Assembly (NCBI GenBank): GCA_045863855.1
Contig: BTVV01000052.1
Span: forward strand, 1 to 39,845
Direction: 5' to 3'
From: Planctomycetota bacterium
Lineage (GTDB): Bacteria > Planctomycetota > SZUA-567 > H5-PLA8
DNA: 39,845 nucleotides
In this document: in pieces, positions 1 through 11,294 of the stretch
Layout of the letters: each line of letters starts with the position of its first letter
How positions within the stretch are numbered: the stretch's first letter is position 1
Translations under genes and position numbers: made by a program
Notes under the pieces: model-generated
Seen by the model: the letters and a program-made list of their open reading frames with translations, nothing else
The model's database searches: none
Told to the model about the DNA's origin: nothing

Positions 1-417
1 GTCGGCGTCGATGAAGACCAGATCGAACGGAGCTTCCCCGCGCACGCCGGGCAGCAGTTCTTCCGCGCGCCCGACGCGGACCTCCGTCCGGTCCGCAAGC
101 CCGGCTTTCGCGAAGTTCGCCCGCGTCACCTCGGCGTGCTTGGCGTTGGCCTCCAGCGTGATCAGCTTTCCGTCCGCCGGCAGCGCCCGCGCCAGCCAAA
201 GGCCCGAGTAGCCCGCCAGCGAACCGAACTCCAGAATCTTTTTCGCGCCGATCGCCCGCGCGAGCACCTGCAGCGCCTTACCCGCCTCCGGATTGACGCT
301 GATCCGCGGCAAGCCCAACTTCTCCGCCGCCGGCATCAACTCCCGCAGCAATTCGTCCTCGGGGGCGAAAAGCGCCCGGCGATACGCCTGCAACTCCGCC
401 CGATCGTCCGTAGCCAA
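1..417 (-). CDS. SAM-dependent O-methyltransferase (caffeoyl-CoA OMT/Methyltransf_3 family), 3' end runs off the window
   Basis: Not in the ORF track; hand translation of the minus strand gives ...LPRISVNPEAGKALQVLARAIGAKKILEFGSLAGYSGLWLARAL...PFDLVFIDAD. TTG start at 417 with GGGAG about 7 nt upstream. Confidence 0.9.
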   Translation of the reverse strand, partial: MATDDRAELQAYRRALFAPEDELLRELMPAAEKLGLPRISVNPEAGKALQVLARAIGAKKILEFGSLAGYSGLWLARALPADGKLITLEANAKHAEVTRANFAKAGLADRTEVRVGRAEELLPGVRGEAPFDLVFIDAD

Positions 418-500
418 AGCGTCACTCCCTTTCCCCAACCCATCCCACCTGCCGCCTACCGTTCGCCGTTCGCCTCGCCGTTTCCTTTTACGTTCCCGCC

Positions 501-1382
501 TCACGTCTCCCCCGGACCGCCCAACACCTCCCGCAACCGCGTCGTAAACCGCCCCTGCCAATCGCGCAGGTTATCTTCCAATGCGCGCAACGCCGCCTCG
601 AGTTTCTTGAATTGTTCCTGAGCGTCCGGGCTGGCGGAGCCGGCCGGCAGCGAGCGCAGCGCACGGTTCGCGAGAAACGAAACGTCTCCCGCCTGCTGCA
701 GCGACTCGCGCATCCCGGCTTCGAACTCCCCAGGCAACGGCTCCAGCGCCGACGTGACCACTTCGCGCACTTCGTCAAGCTGCGCCAGCGCCAGATCGCG
801 CTCGGCCTTTATGTCCTCGATCGCCTGCACCGCCGCATCCCGCGCGGCCTGCGCTTCGGCCACCACGTTGCGCGAACGCACCGCCTCGCTCTCCAGCGTG
901 TGCACCTTCACTTCCAGTTCCCGGCGAATGTCCATCAAGCCGCGCAGATCGCGCAGCAGCCGGGCCTTCTCTTTGTCTTCGACCGCACTCTTCTCGAGCA
1001 CCTGCGTCACGCGCGTCTCGAAGATCCCCGACGGCGATTGGCGCGGAACCACGGGACGCGCCTGCGGCGTCGGATGCTTGGGTTGTTCGATCGGCGCCAC
1101 CGGCTCCCTCTCCCCGCTGCCCGAAGCCTCCTCGCCGCCGCCTTCTTCCAGCATCAGGCCGCCTTCCGGCGTGTTCACTTTCTGCCCGCATGCCTGGCAT
1201 TCCAGCGCCGCCGGCTTGGACGGAACCTCGTTCCAGCAGCACGAACACAACCGCTTCCCCTCGGCCGGCGCGCGTACCTTCGCCTGCGCCGTGAAGAGGT
1301 TCCCGCACTGCTTGCACTGGAAGCGTTTGAGCCCCGGCTCGGCTTTGTACTTCTTGCCGCAACCCGCGCAGATCACGAACAT
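501..1382 (-). CDS. Hypothetical protein with two N-terminal zinc-ribbon motifs and a C-terminal coiled coil
   Basis: ATG at 1382 (MFVICAGCGKKY...CKQC; CSCC...CQAC), then a low-complexity linker and a heptad-like helical region. The longer ORF start overlaps asnS and was rejected. Confidence 0.75.
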   Translation of the reverse strand: MFVICAGCGKKYKAEPGLKRFQCKQCGNLFTAQAKVRAPAEGKRLCSCCWNEVPSKPAALECQACGQKVNTPEGGLMLEEGGGEEASGSGEREPVAPIEQPKHPTPQARPVVPRQSPSGIFETRVTQVLEKSAVEDKEKARLLRDLRGLMDIRRELEVKVHTLESEAVRSRNVVAEAQAARDAAVQAIEDIKAERDLALAQLDEVREVVTSALEPLPGEFEAGMRESLQQAGDVSFLANRALRSLPAGSASPDAQEQFKKLEAALRALEDNLRDWQGRFTTRLREVLGGPGET

Positions 1383-1507
1383 CGATAGCTTTCCCCGATT
1401 CCGCGCCTCGAACCGCCGTGGATGCCTGGAGTATAACGCGCTTCCGGCCCGATTATTGGCGTACTTCCGCGGTCTCCGCGAGCCGCCGAACGCCCGTGGG
1501 CCGGCTG

Positions 1508-2908
<1,401 letters not shown>

Positions 2909-2986
2909 GAAGAGAACCCCCAATTCGAGCAATCGCGTCGATTATGGGTCCTACGGCGGCATCTTCAACGACAGGGAAGCATACAT

Positions 2987-3784
2987 CTACGCCACACCAT
3001 TCAGGCCATCAGCATTGACCACACGATAGGTAACATGGACGCAAATGCCCATTCGAGCTCTGCTCGAACTGTCCACATCCCAACTCATCGGCTCTGCACT
3101 CCGTAATTGTGATGTCATTCTAACCCGTCCGCCCATACTTGGAGGTGATGAATAGGTATCGGGGGGCAAAGAGTGCTCCTCGATATAAGAGTGAATGCCG
3201 ATAATTCGTACCCCAAGTTCCGTGGCGATCTTTTCCGCGCGGACGCGTGCGCGCTTGATACACGTCTCAGCCCAAGTCTCCAACATTTCCGGCTTCAGTG
3301 GCTGCCGCCATTTCGTATGTACCCCGGAAACATTGGAACCAAACCGACCAAGAGTCCCCTGTACAATCGATACCTCCTTGCCATTTCTGCAGAACACTGA
3401 AATGTGCCGACTCGAATTCCTAAAAACCTTGCCCAAAAAAAGTACGAGAACAATCAAACACAAGAAAAACATCCAACCATACTTAACTGCAATAATTGGC
3501 AAGCTCCATTGAACCAACAAATATGCAAGAATGTTTAAAACAATCCCAGCAACCAGCGCACATCCCCATTCTGATTCATGCTGGAATTCTCGGATACTGA
3601 GGCAGCCGTCGGACAATCCTGCCGCCGCAAACTCTTGATTTAGTATCTCAGGTGTTGGTTTACGGCTAAGGGTCAATCCCTTAACCAGGACGGTGCAATA
3701 CACATCCGCACCTTCACTGGGTATATCCTCAAAATACGGCTCAGTAATACGAATAGTGTCGGCAATAATTCCATCTTCAGCCAT
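2987..3784 (-). CDS. Hypothetical membrane protein, SIMPL/DUF541-like with two internal TM helices; low GC
   Basis: 265-aa ORF. CIKRARVRAEKIATELGVRIIGIHSYIEE and terminal VHVTYRV resemble the SIMPL C-terminal half; two hydrophobic segments in the middle; DNA visibly more AT-rich than its flanks. Confidence 0.6.
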   Translation of the reverse strand: MAEDGIIADTIRITEPYFEDIPSEGADVYCTVLVKGLTLSRKPTPEILNQEFAAAGLSDGCLSIREFQHESEWGCALVAGIVLNILAYLLVQWSLPIIAVKYGWMFFLCLIVLVLFLGKVFRNSSRHISVFCRNGKEVSIVQGTLGRFGSNVSGVHTKWRQPLKPEMLETWAETCIKRARVRAEKIATELGVRIIGIHSYIEEHSLPPDTYSSPPSMGGRVRMTSQLRSAEPMSWDVDSSSRARMGICVHVTYRVVNADGLNGVA

Positions 3785-3850
3785 GACGCATCCTCACCGC
3801 CAAGCTACCTTATAGTCACCTGCGTACTTTACCAAGATAGAATGGAGTAC

Positions 3851-3883
3851 AAAAAAAAGGGCGGCCCGAAGGCCGCCCTTTTC
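3851..3883 (-). terminator. Rho-independent terminator of clpC (potentially bidirectional)
   Basis: AAAAAAAAGGGCGGC-CCGAAG-GCCGCCCTTTT: GC stem-loop with a U8 tract on the minus strand, just past the clpC stop. Confidence 0.9.
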
Positions 3884-3905
3884 GTTCGCTTGCGCTCTAG
3901 GAGCT

Positions 3906-6551
3906 TCAGCTCGACGCGCGTCCCGCGCCGCCGCCGTGGTGCGTCCGCGTCCCGACGCTCGGCGGAGCCAGCCCGCCGCTCGCGCCCGCGCCCGCAGGCT
4001 CCATCCCCGCCGGCTTCGCCTTCGGATCGAACTCCCCGATCGTCACGAAGATCAGGCGGTCCTTCTCCTTCGATACCCGCGCTTCCACCCGCGACTTCAG
4101 CGGTATCTCGTCGCGCAGGATCTGCTCGCTGATCGGATCCTCGATGCTCTGCTCCACCGCACGGCGCATCGGCCGTGCCCCGAAGTCCGGATTGTGGCCC
4201 TTCTCAATCAGGAACTCCACCGCCTCGTCGCTCATCACGAGCTGGATTTCCTTCTCGAACAGCCGCCGCGCGACCGCGTCGATCTCCAGCTTCACGATCT
4301 TGCTCAGGTCTTCCTTCGTCAGCGGCTTGAAGACGATCACGTCGTCCAGACGGTTGATGAACTCCGGACGGAACTCCTTCTCCATCTCGTCCTTCAGCTT
4401 CCGCTTCAGGTCCGTATACGTGGCCTCTTCCGACTTCTTCCCGAAGCCCAGCGAGCCCTGGTTCTTGATCACCTTCGCGCCCACGTTCGAGGTCATGATC
4501 AGGATCGTGTTCCGGAAGTCCACGTGCCGCCCGTAGCTGTCCGTCAGACGGCCTTCTTCCATGATCTGAAGCAGGATGTTGAAGATGTCCGGGTGCGCCT
4601 TCTCGATCTCGTCCATCAGCACCACCGAGTACGGCCGGCGCCGGATCTTCTCCGTCAACTGCCCGCCTTCCTCGTACCCGACGTAGCCCGGAGGCGCGCC
4701 CACCAGCCGGCTCACCGCGTGCTTCTCCATGTACTCGCTCATGTCGATCTGGATCAGCGCGTCCTGGTCGCCGAACATGAACTCCGCCAGCGCTCGCGCC
4801 AGCAGCGTCTTGCCCACGCCCGTCGGACCCAGGAACAAAAAGCTCCCGATCGGACGCCGCGGATCCTTCAGGCCCGCCCGGCTGCGCCGTACCGCACGCG
4901 CCACCGCGCTGATCGCCTCGTGCTGGCTGATCACCCGCTTGTGCAGGTAATCTTCCATCTCCAGCAGCCGCTTCGTCTCCTGACCGGCCATCCGCTGCAA
5001 CGGGATCCCCGTCATGCGGCTGACCACCTCGCGGACGATCTCCTCGTCCACGTTCCCGATCACGTCCTTGCTCCGCTCGCGCCACTCGCGCTGCTTCTGG
5101 CGCATCTGGTTGCGCAGCACCTCCGCGCGGTCACGGAACTCCGCCGCCGCCTCGAAATCCTGCTGCGCGACGGCCTGTTCCTTCTCCTGCTCCAGTTCCT
5201 TGATGTCCTTCTCCAGGTCCTTCAGGTTCGGCGGGCGCGTCATGTTCTGCAACCGCACGCGGCTCCCCGACTCGTCGATCACGTCGATCGCCTTGTCCGG
5301 CAGGAAGCGGCCGGTGATGTAGCGGTCCGAGAGGTTCACCGCCTCTTCCAGCGCCGCGTTGCTGATCTTCACCCGGTGGTGCGACTCGTAGCGCTCGCGC
5401 AAGCCCTTCAAAATCTCGATCGTCTCTTCCTTCGACGGCGGATTGACCATGATCGTCTGGAAGCGCCGCTCCAGCGCCGAATCCTTCTCGATGTACTTGC
5501 GGTACTCGTCCAAGGTCGTCGCGCCGATGCACTGCACCTCGCCGCGCGCCAGCGCCGGCTTCAGCACGTTGCTCGCGTCGATGCTTCCTTCCGCGCCGCC
5601 CGCGCCCACCAGCGTGTGCAGCTCGTCGATAAACAGAATCACGTTCTTCGCGCGGCGCACTTCGTTCATCACCGCCTTGATCCGCTCTTCGAACTGACCG
5701 CGGTACTTCGTGCCCGCCACCATCATCGCCAGGTCCAGCACCACGATCCGCTTGTTCAGCAGCAGGTCCGGCACGTCGCCTTCGACGACGCGCTGAGCGA
5801 ACCCCTCGACGATCGCCGTCTTGCCCACGCCCGCCTCGCCGATCAGCACCGGGTTGTTCTTCGTCCGCCGCACCAGGATCTGCAGGACGCGCTCGATCTC
5901 CGCCTCGCGCCCGATCACCGGGTCGAGCTTCGTCTCGCGCGCCAGTTCGGTCAGATCGCGCCCGAAGCTGTCCAGCGCCGGCGTCTTGCTCTCGCCCTGC
6001 GGCTGCCCGCCCTGCGCCGGCGGCTGAGCTTCCCCGCGGGACGAATCCCCGCTCCCCCCGCCGCCGCCTCCGCTCGCCGCGCCGCCGCCGTTCTCTTTGT
6101 TCTGCCGCCCGTCGCTCGCGCCCAGGAACTCCAGCACCTCGTTCCGGACATCCTCCAGCTTCAGGCTCAAGTTCATCAGCACCTGAGCCGCCAGGCCTTC
6201 CTGCTCGCGCAAAAGACCCAGCAGCAGATGCTCCGTGCCCACGTAGTTGTGATCCAGTGCGCGCGCTTCGTCCATCGCGTACTCCAGCACCTTCTTCGCC
6301 CGCGGCGTGAACGGAAGCTGACCCATCGTCACCACGTCCGGAGCCGGCTTCACCAGCTTCTCGACTTCCATGCGGACCTTGTCCAGATCCACGCTCAGAT
6401 TCTCCAGAACGCTCGCCGCCACGCCCGAGCCTTCCTTCACCAGTCCGAGCAGAATGTGCTCCGTGCCGATGTAATCGTGATTCAGGCGCTCCGCCTCCTG
6501 CCGCGCCAGACTCATCACCTTACGCGCACGGTCCGTGAATCGATCGAACAT
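3906..6551 (-). CDS. clpC: ATP-dependent Clp protease ATP-binding subunit ClpC
   Basis: [12 protein letters not shown]; two Clp_N repeats (GTEH); Walker A GEAGVGKT and GPTGVGKT; short UVR-type middle domain ([19 protein letters not shown]); ClpP-docking LGF loop; GAGGAG RBS. Confidence 0.96.
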   Translation of the reverse strand: MFDRFTDRARKVMSLARQEAERLNHDYIGTEHILLGLVKEGSGVAASVLENLSVDLDKVRMEVEKLVKPAPDVVTMGQLPFTPRAKKVLEYAMDEARALDHNYVGTEHLLLGLLREQEGLAAQVLMNLSLKLEDVRNEVLEFLGASDGRQNKENGGGAASGGGGGGSGDSSRGEAQPPAQGGQPQGESKTPALDSFGRDLTELARETKLDPVIGREAEIERVLQILVRRTKNNPVLIGEAGVGKTAIVEGFAQRVVEGDVPDLLLNKRIVVLDLAMMVAGTKYRGQFEERIKAVMNEVRRAKNVILFIDELHTLVGAGGAEGSIDASNVLKPALARGEVQCIGATTLDEYRKYIEKDSALERRFQTIMVNPPSKEETIEILKGLRERYESHHRVKISNAALEEAVNLSDRYITGRFLPDKAIDVIDESGSRVRLQNMTRPPNLKDLEKDIKELEQEKEQAVAQQDFEAAAEFRDRAEVLRNQMRQKQREWRERSKDVIGNVDEEIVREVVSRMTGIPLQRMAGQETKRLLEMEDYLHKRVISQHEAISAVARAVRRSRAGLKDPRRPIGSFLFLGPTGVGKTLLARALAEFMFGDQDALIQIDMSEYMEKHAVSRLVGAPPGYVGYEEGGQLTEKIRRRPYSVVLMDEIEKAHPDIFNILLQIMEEGRLTDSYGRHVDFRNTILIMTSNVGAKVIKNQGSLGFGKKSEEATYTDLKRKLKDEMEKEFRPEFINRLDDVIVFKPLTKEDLSKIVKLEIDAVARRLFEKEIQLVMSDEAVEFLIEKGHNPDFGARPMRRAVEQSIEDPISEQILRDEIPLKSRVEARVSKEKDRLIFVTIGEFDPKAKPAGMEPAGAGASGGLAPPSVGTRTHHGGGAGRASS

Positions 6552-6902
6552 GAAGTGCACTCCTCTCGGAAGAACGCCTTTTCTTCAGTGAATGTTATAC
6601 GCAACTTCACAACATCCGGGTAGCGCACATTTCTCCGCCGACTCGGCAGATTTCGCCACCCGCTGACCCTTCTTGTCAACACACTCGGATCGGCCTGCAA
6701 AGCCTTCTTGCACCGAGCACATCTGACGCTCATTGCGTCGAAACGACCGGTTCAACCTCCCCTGCAAACCCTCCAAGTCGAAAGTCTGCGAACCGCATGC
6801 CCGAAGTCTCAAAAATGAACTGGCCGCGCCGCCTTACTCCTACAAGATGGACGCCCAGCACTACCTTCTTTTACGCTAAATTCGCGACAGAGGTAAACGC
6901 AC

Positions 6903-8003
6903 ATGAGCAACGCAACCAAAAAGGCATTTGGACCCGATGCGCCCATCCGCGTGGGTATTATCGGCGCGGGAGGCATCACCGCTAAACTCCATCTCCCCCA
7001 GCTCCAACCGCTCAAGAACGTCCAGATCGCCGCACTCGGCGGACGCAAAATCGAACGCCTCGAAATCCTCGCCAAGCGCCACGGCGGAAAGCCCGTCACC
7101 GACTACGACGCCATCGTCGAAGACCCCCAGATCGACGCCGTCGTCATCGCCACGCCGCACCCGCACCACGTCGATTGGGGCATCAAAGTCTTGAAGGCCG
7201 GGAAGCATCTGTTCATGCAGAAGCCCCTCGCCCCGACCATCGACGAAGCCAACCGCTTCGTCGCCGCCGTCGACGCCTCCGACCGCGTCACCTACTGCCT
7301 CCCGCAGCTCGCCGTCCCCCAAGTGCTCGCGATCCGCGATCTGATCGCCGAAGGACAGCTCGGCAAGCTCTCCGGCGCCCACGCGCGGCACAGCCACGGC
7401 GGGCCCGAAGTCTACAACGCCGAAGTCCGCGACCTCCTCGGCGAACCCCCGCTCAAGCCCGGCGAAAAGCTCTGGTTCTTCGAAGCCGGCGAAGCGGCCG
7501 TCGGCGCCCTCTTCGACATGGGCGTCTACTCCGTCGCCCGCCTCGTCGGCGTGCTCGGGTCGGCCAAACGAGTGATGGGCATGACCGCGATCCTCGACAA
7601 GCCCAGCCAGGTCGAAGACACCGCCTCGCTGCTCATCCAGTTCGCCAACGGCGCCATCGCCGTCGCCGAAACCGGCTGGTGCGACGGCGCGCGCTCTTGG
7701 CGCATGTCCTTCCACGGCACCACCGGGCGTGCCGAATCGCCCGGCTTCGCCGGCGCGTCCCTCTCGCTGTACAAGCAGGCCAGCACCACCCGCGAAGACA
7801 TCCCGCCCACGCGCACCGAGGTCGATACCGCACGCTACCCCAACCTCAACCCGCACGAACAATGGATCCAAGGCATCCGCACCGGCACGCCGCCCAAACT
7901 CGAGACCGCCCGCGCCGCGCGCCACATCACCGAGATCCTCCTCGCCGGCCTCGCCAGCGCCCAGCACGGCCGCGCCGTCGAACTCCAGACCCGCGTGGAC
8001 TGA
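6903..8003 (+). CDS. Gfo/Idh/MocA family oxidoreductase
   Basis: IRVGIIGAGGI Rossmann motif, IDAVVIATP, GKHLFMQKPLA, GALFDMGVYSV. Confidence 0.92.
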   Translation: MSNATKKAFGPDAPIRVGIIGAGGITAKLHLPQLQPLKNVQIAALGGRKIERLEILAKRHGGKPVTDYDAIVEDPQIDAVVIATPHPHHVDWGIKVLKAGKHLFMQKPLAPTIDEANRFVAAVDASDRVTYCLPQLAVPQVLAIRDLIAEGQLGKLSGAHARHSHGGPEVYNAEVRDLLGEPPLKPGEKLWFFEAGEAAVGALFDMGVYSVARLVGVLGSAKRVMGMTAILDKPSQVEDTASLLIQFANGAIAVAETGWCDGARSWRMSFHGTTGRAESPGFAGASLSLYKQASTTREDIPPTRTEVDTARYPNLNPHEQWIQGIRTGTPPKLETARAARHITEILLAGLASAQHGRAVELQTRVD

Positions 8004-8046
8004 ACGAGTCCTCGCCGCCACTTTGCTGCCGCGTAAGGGATGCCTC

Positions 8047-9498
8047 ATGCCACGCACTTGCCGCCGCGCCCTGGTGTTCCTGCTGGGGTGCTCGCTCGCC
8101 TGCGCCGCCCACGCCGCCGATCCCGCGCCGCCGGCCCCGCCCGTGTGGCCGGCGCCCAAGCAAGTCTTCACGCTCCAGCCCGACCACACGCTCGACGGCG
8201 CCAAGATTCCCCACGCCCCCGGCGATGTCTTCGCGCTATCCGAAAAGGCCCGGACCCTGCGCATCCTCAACTTCAAAGGCAACTCCGAACGCCCCGTGGC
8301 TTTCGTCAACGCCGGCCTCGTCGACGTCGCCAACGACGATCGCGGCTTCGCCATCGCCGTCCAAGGCTGCCTCCACGTCCGCCTCAGCGGCTCCGGACCC
8401 GTCCCCGAAGCGCAGCGCTCCAAGGATCCCCACGCCGCGCGCTGCGGCATCCGCGCCAGCGCCACCAAAAAGGGCATGATGGCCATTCACGTGAACGGCA
8501 AGAGCAGCGATATCGAAGTCGATGGCCTGGAAGTCTACGGCGCGGGATTCGCCGGCTTTAACGTGAAGGACGAACCCAACCCCGACGGCAGCACCAAACG
8601 CGATACCTTCACCATGTTCAATATCGCGATTCACGATAACTACGTCCACGACGTTGAAGGCGAAGGCTTCTACATCGGCCATACCTTTTACGGCGGCTAC
8701 GACCACAAGCCCTCCGGCAAGACCCTGATGCCGCACGTGATCAAGGGCCTGCGCCTCTACAACAACCGCACCTTCAATACCGGCTGCGAAGGTATCCAGG
8801 TCGGCTCCACCGTCGAAGACTGCGAGATCTACAACAACACGCTCATCAAGTTCGGCCAGCGGCCCTTCGCGCAATGGCAGGACAACGGCATGCAGATCGG
8901 CGGTGGCACCCAGGCCAAGGTCTACAACAATTACCTCGAAGAAGGCCCCGGCTGCGCGCTCACCATTCACGGCTTGGGCGAACTGGCCTTCTTCAACAAC
9001 ACCCTCGTTAAAAGCGGCGGACCCGGCGCCTACGTCAACACCAAAGAAGGCGCGTCCTACCTCTTCGCCCACAACACCATCGTGAACTGCGGCGGCGACG
9101 GCCTGCGCATCGGCAACTTCAAGGATCCGCCCGCCGCCATGCGCCTCTACAACAACCTGATCGTCCGCGAAAAACAGGACCAGAACCGATTCATCGCCAA
9201 CCTGAACCCAAAAGCCAAGCTCGAAGAAGGCGGCAACGTGACGCTCATCGGACTCGCCGCCGCCGGCTTCAAAAATCCGGCCCAAGGCGATTATCGTCCC
9301 GCCGACCTACCCGCCCTGCGCGCCACCGTTCCCGTCCCGCAATTCGCCTGGACCGCCGACCAAGCCGGCCTCCAACGCCCCAAGGGCCGCGCGCCCCTGG
9401 CCGGAGCCCACGAACCGCCGGCCCCTGCCGCCCCAGCCTACGGCCCCGGCGCGCCCTTGGCCGCGCATCCCCCAACGCCTTGGAAGAACAAACGCTGA
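8047..9498 (+). CDS. Secreted right-handed parallel beta-helix (pectin-lyase-like fold) protein
   Basis: Signal peptide MPRTCRRALVFLLGCSLACAAHA; repeated IHDNYVHD/LYNNRTFN/IYNNTL/VYNNYL/FFNNTL/FAHNTI beta-helix coils. Confidence 0.8.
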   Translation: MPRTCRRALVFLLGCSLACAAHAADPAPPAPPVWPAPKQVFTLQPDHTLDGAKIPHAPGDVFALSEKARTLRILNFKGNSERPVAFVNAGLVDVANDDRGFAIAVQGCLHVRLSGSGPVPEAQRSKDPHAARCGIRASATKKGMMAIHVNGKSSDIEVDGLEVYGAGFAGFNVKDEPNPDGSTKRDTFTMFNIAIHDNYVHDVEGEGFYIGHTFYGGYDHKPSGKTLMPHVIKGLRLYNNRTFNTGCEGIQVGSTVEDCEIYNNTLIKFGQRPFAQWQDNGMQIGGGTQAKVYNNYLEEGPGCALTIHGLGELAFFNNTLVKSGGPGAYVNTKEGASYLFAHNTIVNCGGDGLRIGNFKDPPAAMRLYNNLIVREKQDQNRFIANLNPKAKLEEGGNVTLIGLAAAGFKNPAQGDYRPADLPALRATVPVPQFAWTADQAGLQRPKGRAPLAGAHEPPAPAAPAYGPGAPLAAHPPTPWKNKR

Positions 9499-9624
9499 CC
9501 GCACCAGGCTCACGTCCAGAACCAATCGCCGCCCATTCAACGCACGCCGCGCAATCTGTGATTTACGTCCGCCGCGAACGCGCCAGAATAAGCCGCGTCT
9601 ACCACTCCCTCGAAAGGAACACGC

Positions 9625-10491
9625 ATGAAGATCGGCGCCTTCACCACCTTCGCTCCCGAGTACACCTTTGCCGAAGCCTGCCAGTTGCTGAAGTCGATCG
9701 GCTACGCCGGCGTGCAGCCGCGCATCGTCCCCGATAACGCCGCGCGCTTCGATCCGGCCAAACCCTACAACCCGTGGGGCAACAATAAGGGCGGGGTTTC
9801 CGAGAGTTCCTTTTTCGCCGACCATGCCGCCGCGCTGAAGCCCGCCAAAGACGCCGGTCTCGAAATCACCAGCGTCGCCAGCTACACCAACACGTCCGAC
9901 ATGGAACGCGCCGTCAAGATGGTCCAGACCTGCGGCAAAGCCGGCATCAAGAACGTCCGCGTCGGCGCCGTCGCCAGCATGCCCAAGGACACCGACCGCT
10001 GGGACGCCTTCAAGCTCATCGCCGAAGCCAAGGCGCGCTTCAAGGAACTCGTCGCCGAAGCCAACAAAGCCGGCGTGCGCCCCTGCCTCGAACTCCACGG
10101 CGGCACGCTCTTCCCCGGCCCCTCCGGAGCCATGAACTTCATCAAGGAATTCGGACCCGAACAGGTCGGCATCCTCTACGATCCGGCCAACATGCTCTCC
10201 GACGGCTGGGAACGGCTCGACCTGAGTCTCAACCTGCTCGGCGACTACCTGGCCGAAGTCCACGTCAAGAACTCGAAGTGGGTCCAGGACGGCGTCGACG
10301 AACTGGGCTGCGCCAAGTGGAAGTGCATCAGCGCCGATCTCGAAGAAGGCAGCGTGCACTGGCCGTCCGTCATCGGGCAGCTCAAGAAGCGCGGCTACAC
10401 CGGCTGGCTCGTCGAAGAAGGCCACACCGCCACGCTCACCTACCAGCGCCTCAAGTCCGCCCACGACCTGCTCAAGAAGATGGTGGGCTGA
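9625..10491 (+). CDS. Sugar phosphate isomerase/epimerase (xylose isomerase-like TIM barrel)
   Basis: LELHGGT, VGILYDPANM, EVHVKN, GYTGWLVEE metal-binding motifs; AAGGAA RBS. Confidence 0.9.
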   Translation: MKIGAFTTFAPEYTFAEACQLLKSIGYAGVQPRIVPDNAARFDPAKPYNPWGNNKGGVSESSFFADHAAALKPAKDAGLEITSVASYTNTSDMERAVKMVQTCGKAGIKNVRVGAVASMPKDTDRWDAFKLIAEAKARFKELVAEANKAGVRPCLELHGGTLFPGPSGAMNFIKEFGPEQVGILYDPANMLSDGWERLDLSLNLLGDYLAEVHVKNSKWVQDGVDELGCAKWKCISADLEEGSVHWPSVIGQLKKRGYTGWLVEEGHTATLTYQRLKSAHDLLKKMVG

Positions 10492-10501
10492 GCCGGACCG
10501 G

Positions 10502-10635
10502 TTTTAGGTTTTGGATTTTAGATCGACCGGCCGCGCCCGGTCGCTCGCCGCCGTGCTTCAGGGAGCGGACTCGCCTGAGCCCATAGCCTTTGACGGGGCA
10601 GTCTCCCCTCCTTGCCAAGGAGGGGTTGGGGAGGT
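10502..10635. repeat. Intergenic short repeats: heptamer triplet and REP-like hairpin
   Basis: TTTTAGG TTTTGGA TTTTAGA (10502-10522); CCCCTCCTT-GCC-AAGGAGGGG followed by TTGGGGAGGT (10605-10635), between convergent genes. Confidence 0.55.
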
Positions 10636-10713
10636 GGACTCAACAAGCCGCGCGCAGCGCGCTCAATTAACGCAAGAAACGTATGCGCGTCCGCTTAACT
10701 TGCCGTTTGAACC

Positions 10714-11178
10714 TTAAGAACCCGACTCATCTCCACTCGGCGTCTCCAACGTCCCGCGCACCGCCTCGGTCGTCAGATCCACCGCGCGCAGCACCGCTCC
10801 GCAGACCGTGTTCGGCACGCGCGTCAGCCCCAAGAGCAGATGCTCGGGGCCGATCTGCGGCGCGCGCACGCGCTGCGCTTCTTCCTTGGCCGTCTCGATC
10901 ACGCGTTTGGCGCGCTCGCTGAACGTGATCAGATGCTCGGGAATGCCTTCGTCGCCCGGGCGCAAATGATGCAGCACCAGGTCGCGGATCTGATCGGCCG
11001 ACGCCTTGGCGCTCTTGAGCGCCATTACCACCTTCTCGTCGGCGTCGCTCAACAGGCCCATCAGGATGTGCTCGGGCGTGATGTGCGTATGCTTGAACTC
11101 GATCACCTTTTCCTTCGCCAGCGCGATCGCGTTGCGCGTCGCCGGCGTGAACCGGTCGGTGCGCGGCGGAGTTCCCAT
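10714..11178 (-). CDS. Stand-alone Clp protease N-terminal (Clp_N repeat) domain protein
   Basis: Two repeats, DRFTPATRNAIALA...ITPEHILMGL and FSERAKRVIETA...IGPEHLLLGL; no AAA+ domain. Start is ATG 11178 or TTG 11196. Confidence 0.88.
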   Translation of the reverse strand: MGTPPRTDRFTPATRNAIALAKEKVIEFKHTHITPEHILMGLLSDADEKVVMALKSAKASADQIRDLVLHHLRPGDEGIPEHLITFSERAKRVIETAKEEAQRVRAPQIGPEHLLLGLTRVPNTVCGAVLRAVDLTTEAVRGTLETPSGDESGS

Positions 11179-11294
11179 TCCCGTTCCGGTGTCCAATGCT
11201 GGTATCCCTTCTCCTGCTGCACGTATCGTCCGGCCGAGGCACTGCGCTTGAGCCCAACGCGATGCGGCTCCGCACCCGCCTCCGCCGCTCTAAC

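Noticed and set aside
3936..6623. Long antisense or alternative-frame ORFs (also 1418..3106, 6876..8486, 12644..14296, 30932..32755, 31092..33227 and others)
   Set aside because: Shadows of real genes in high-GC DNA, with Arg/Ala/Pro-rich nonsense composition and no motifs.
6560..6900. CtsR or CIRCE heat-shock operator upstream of clpC
   Set aside because: Only a weak TGAC-N7-GTCA and a TTGACA lacking a properly spaced -10; no match to either consensus.
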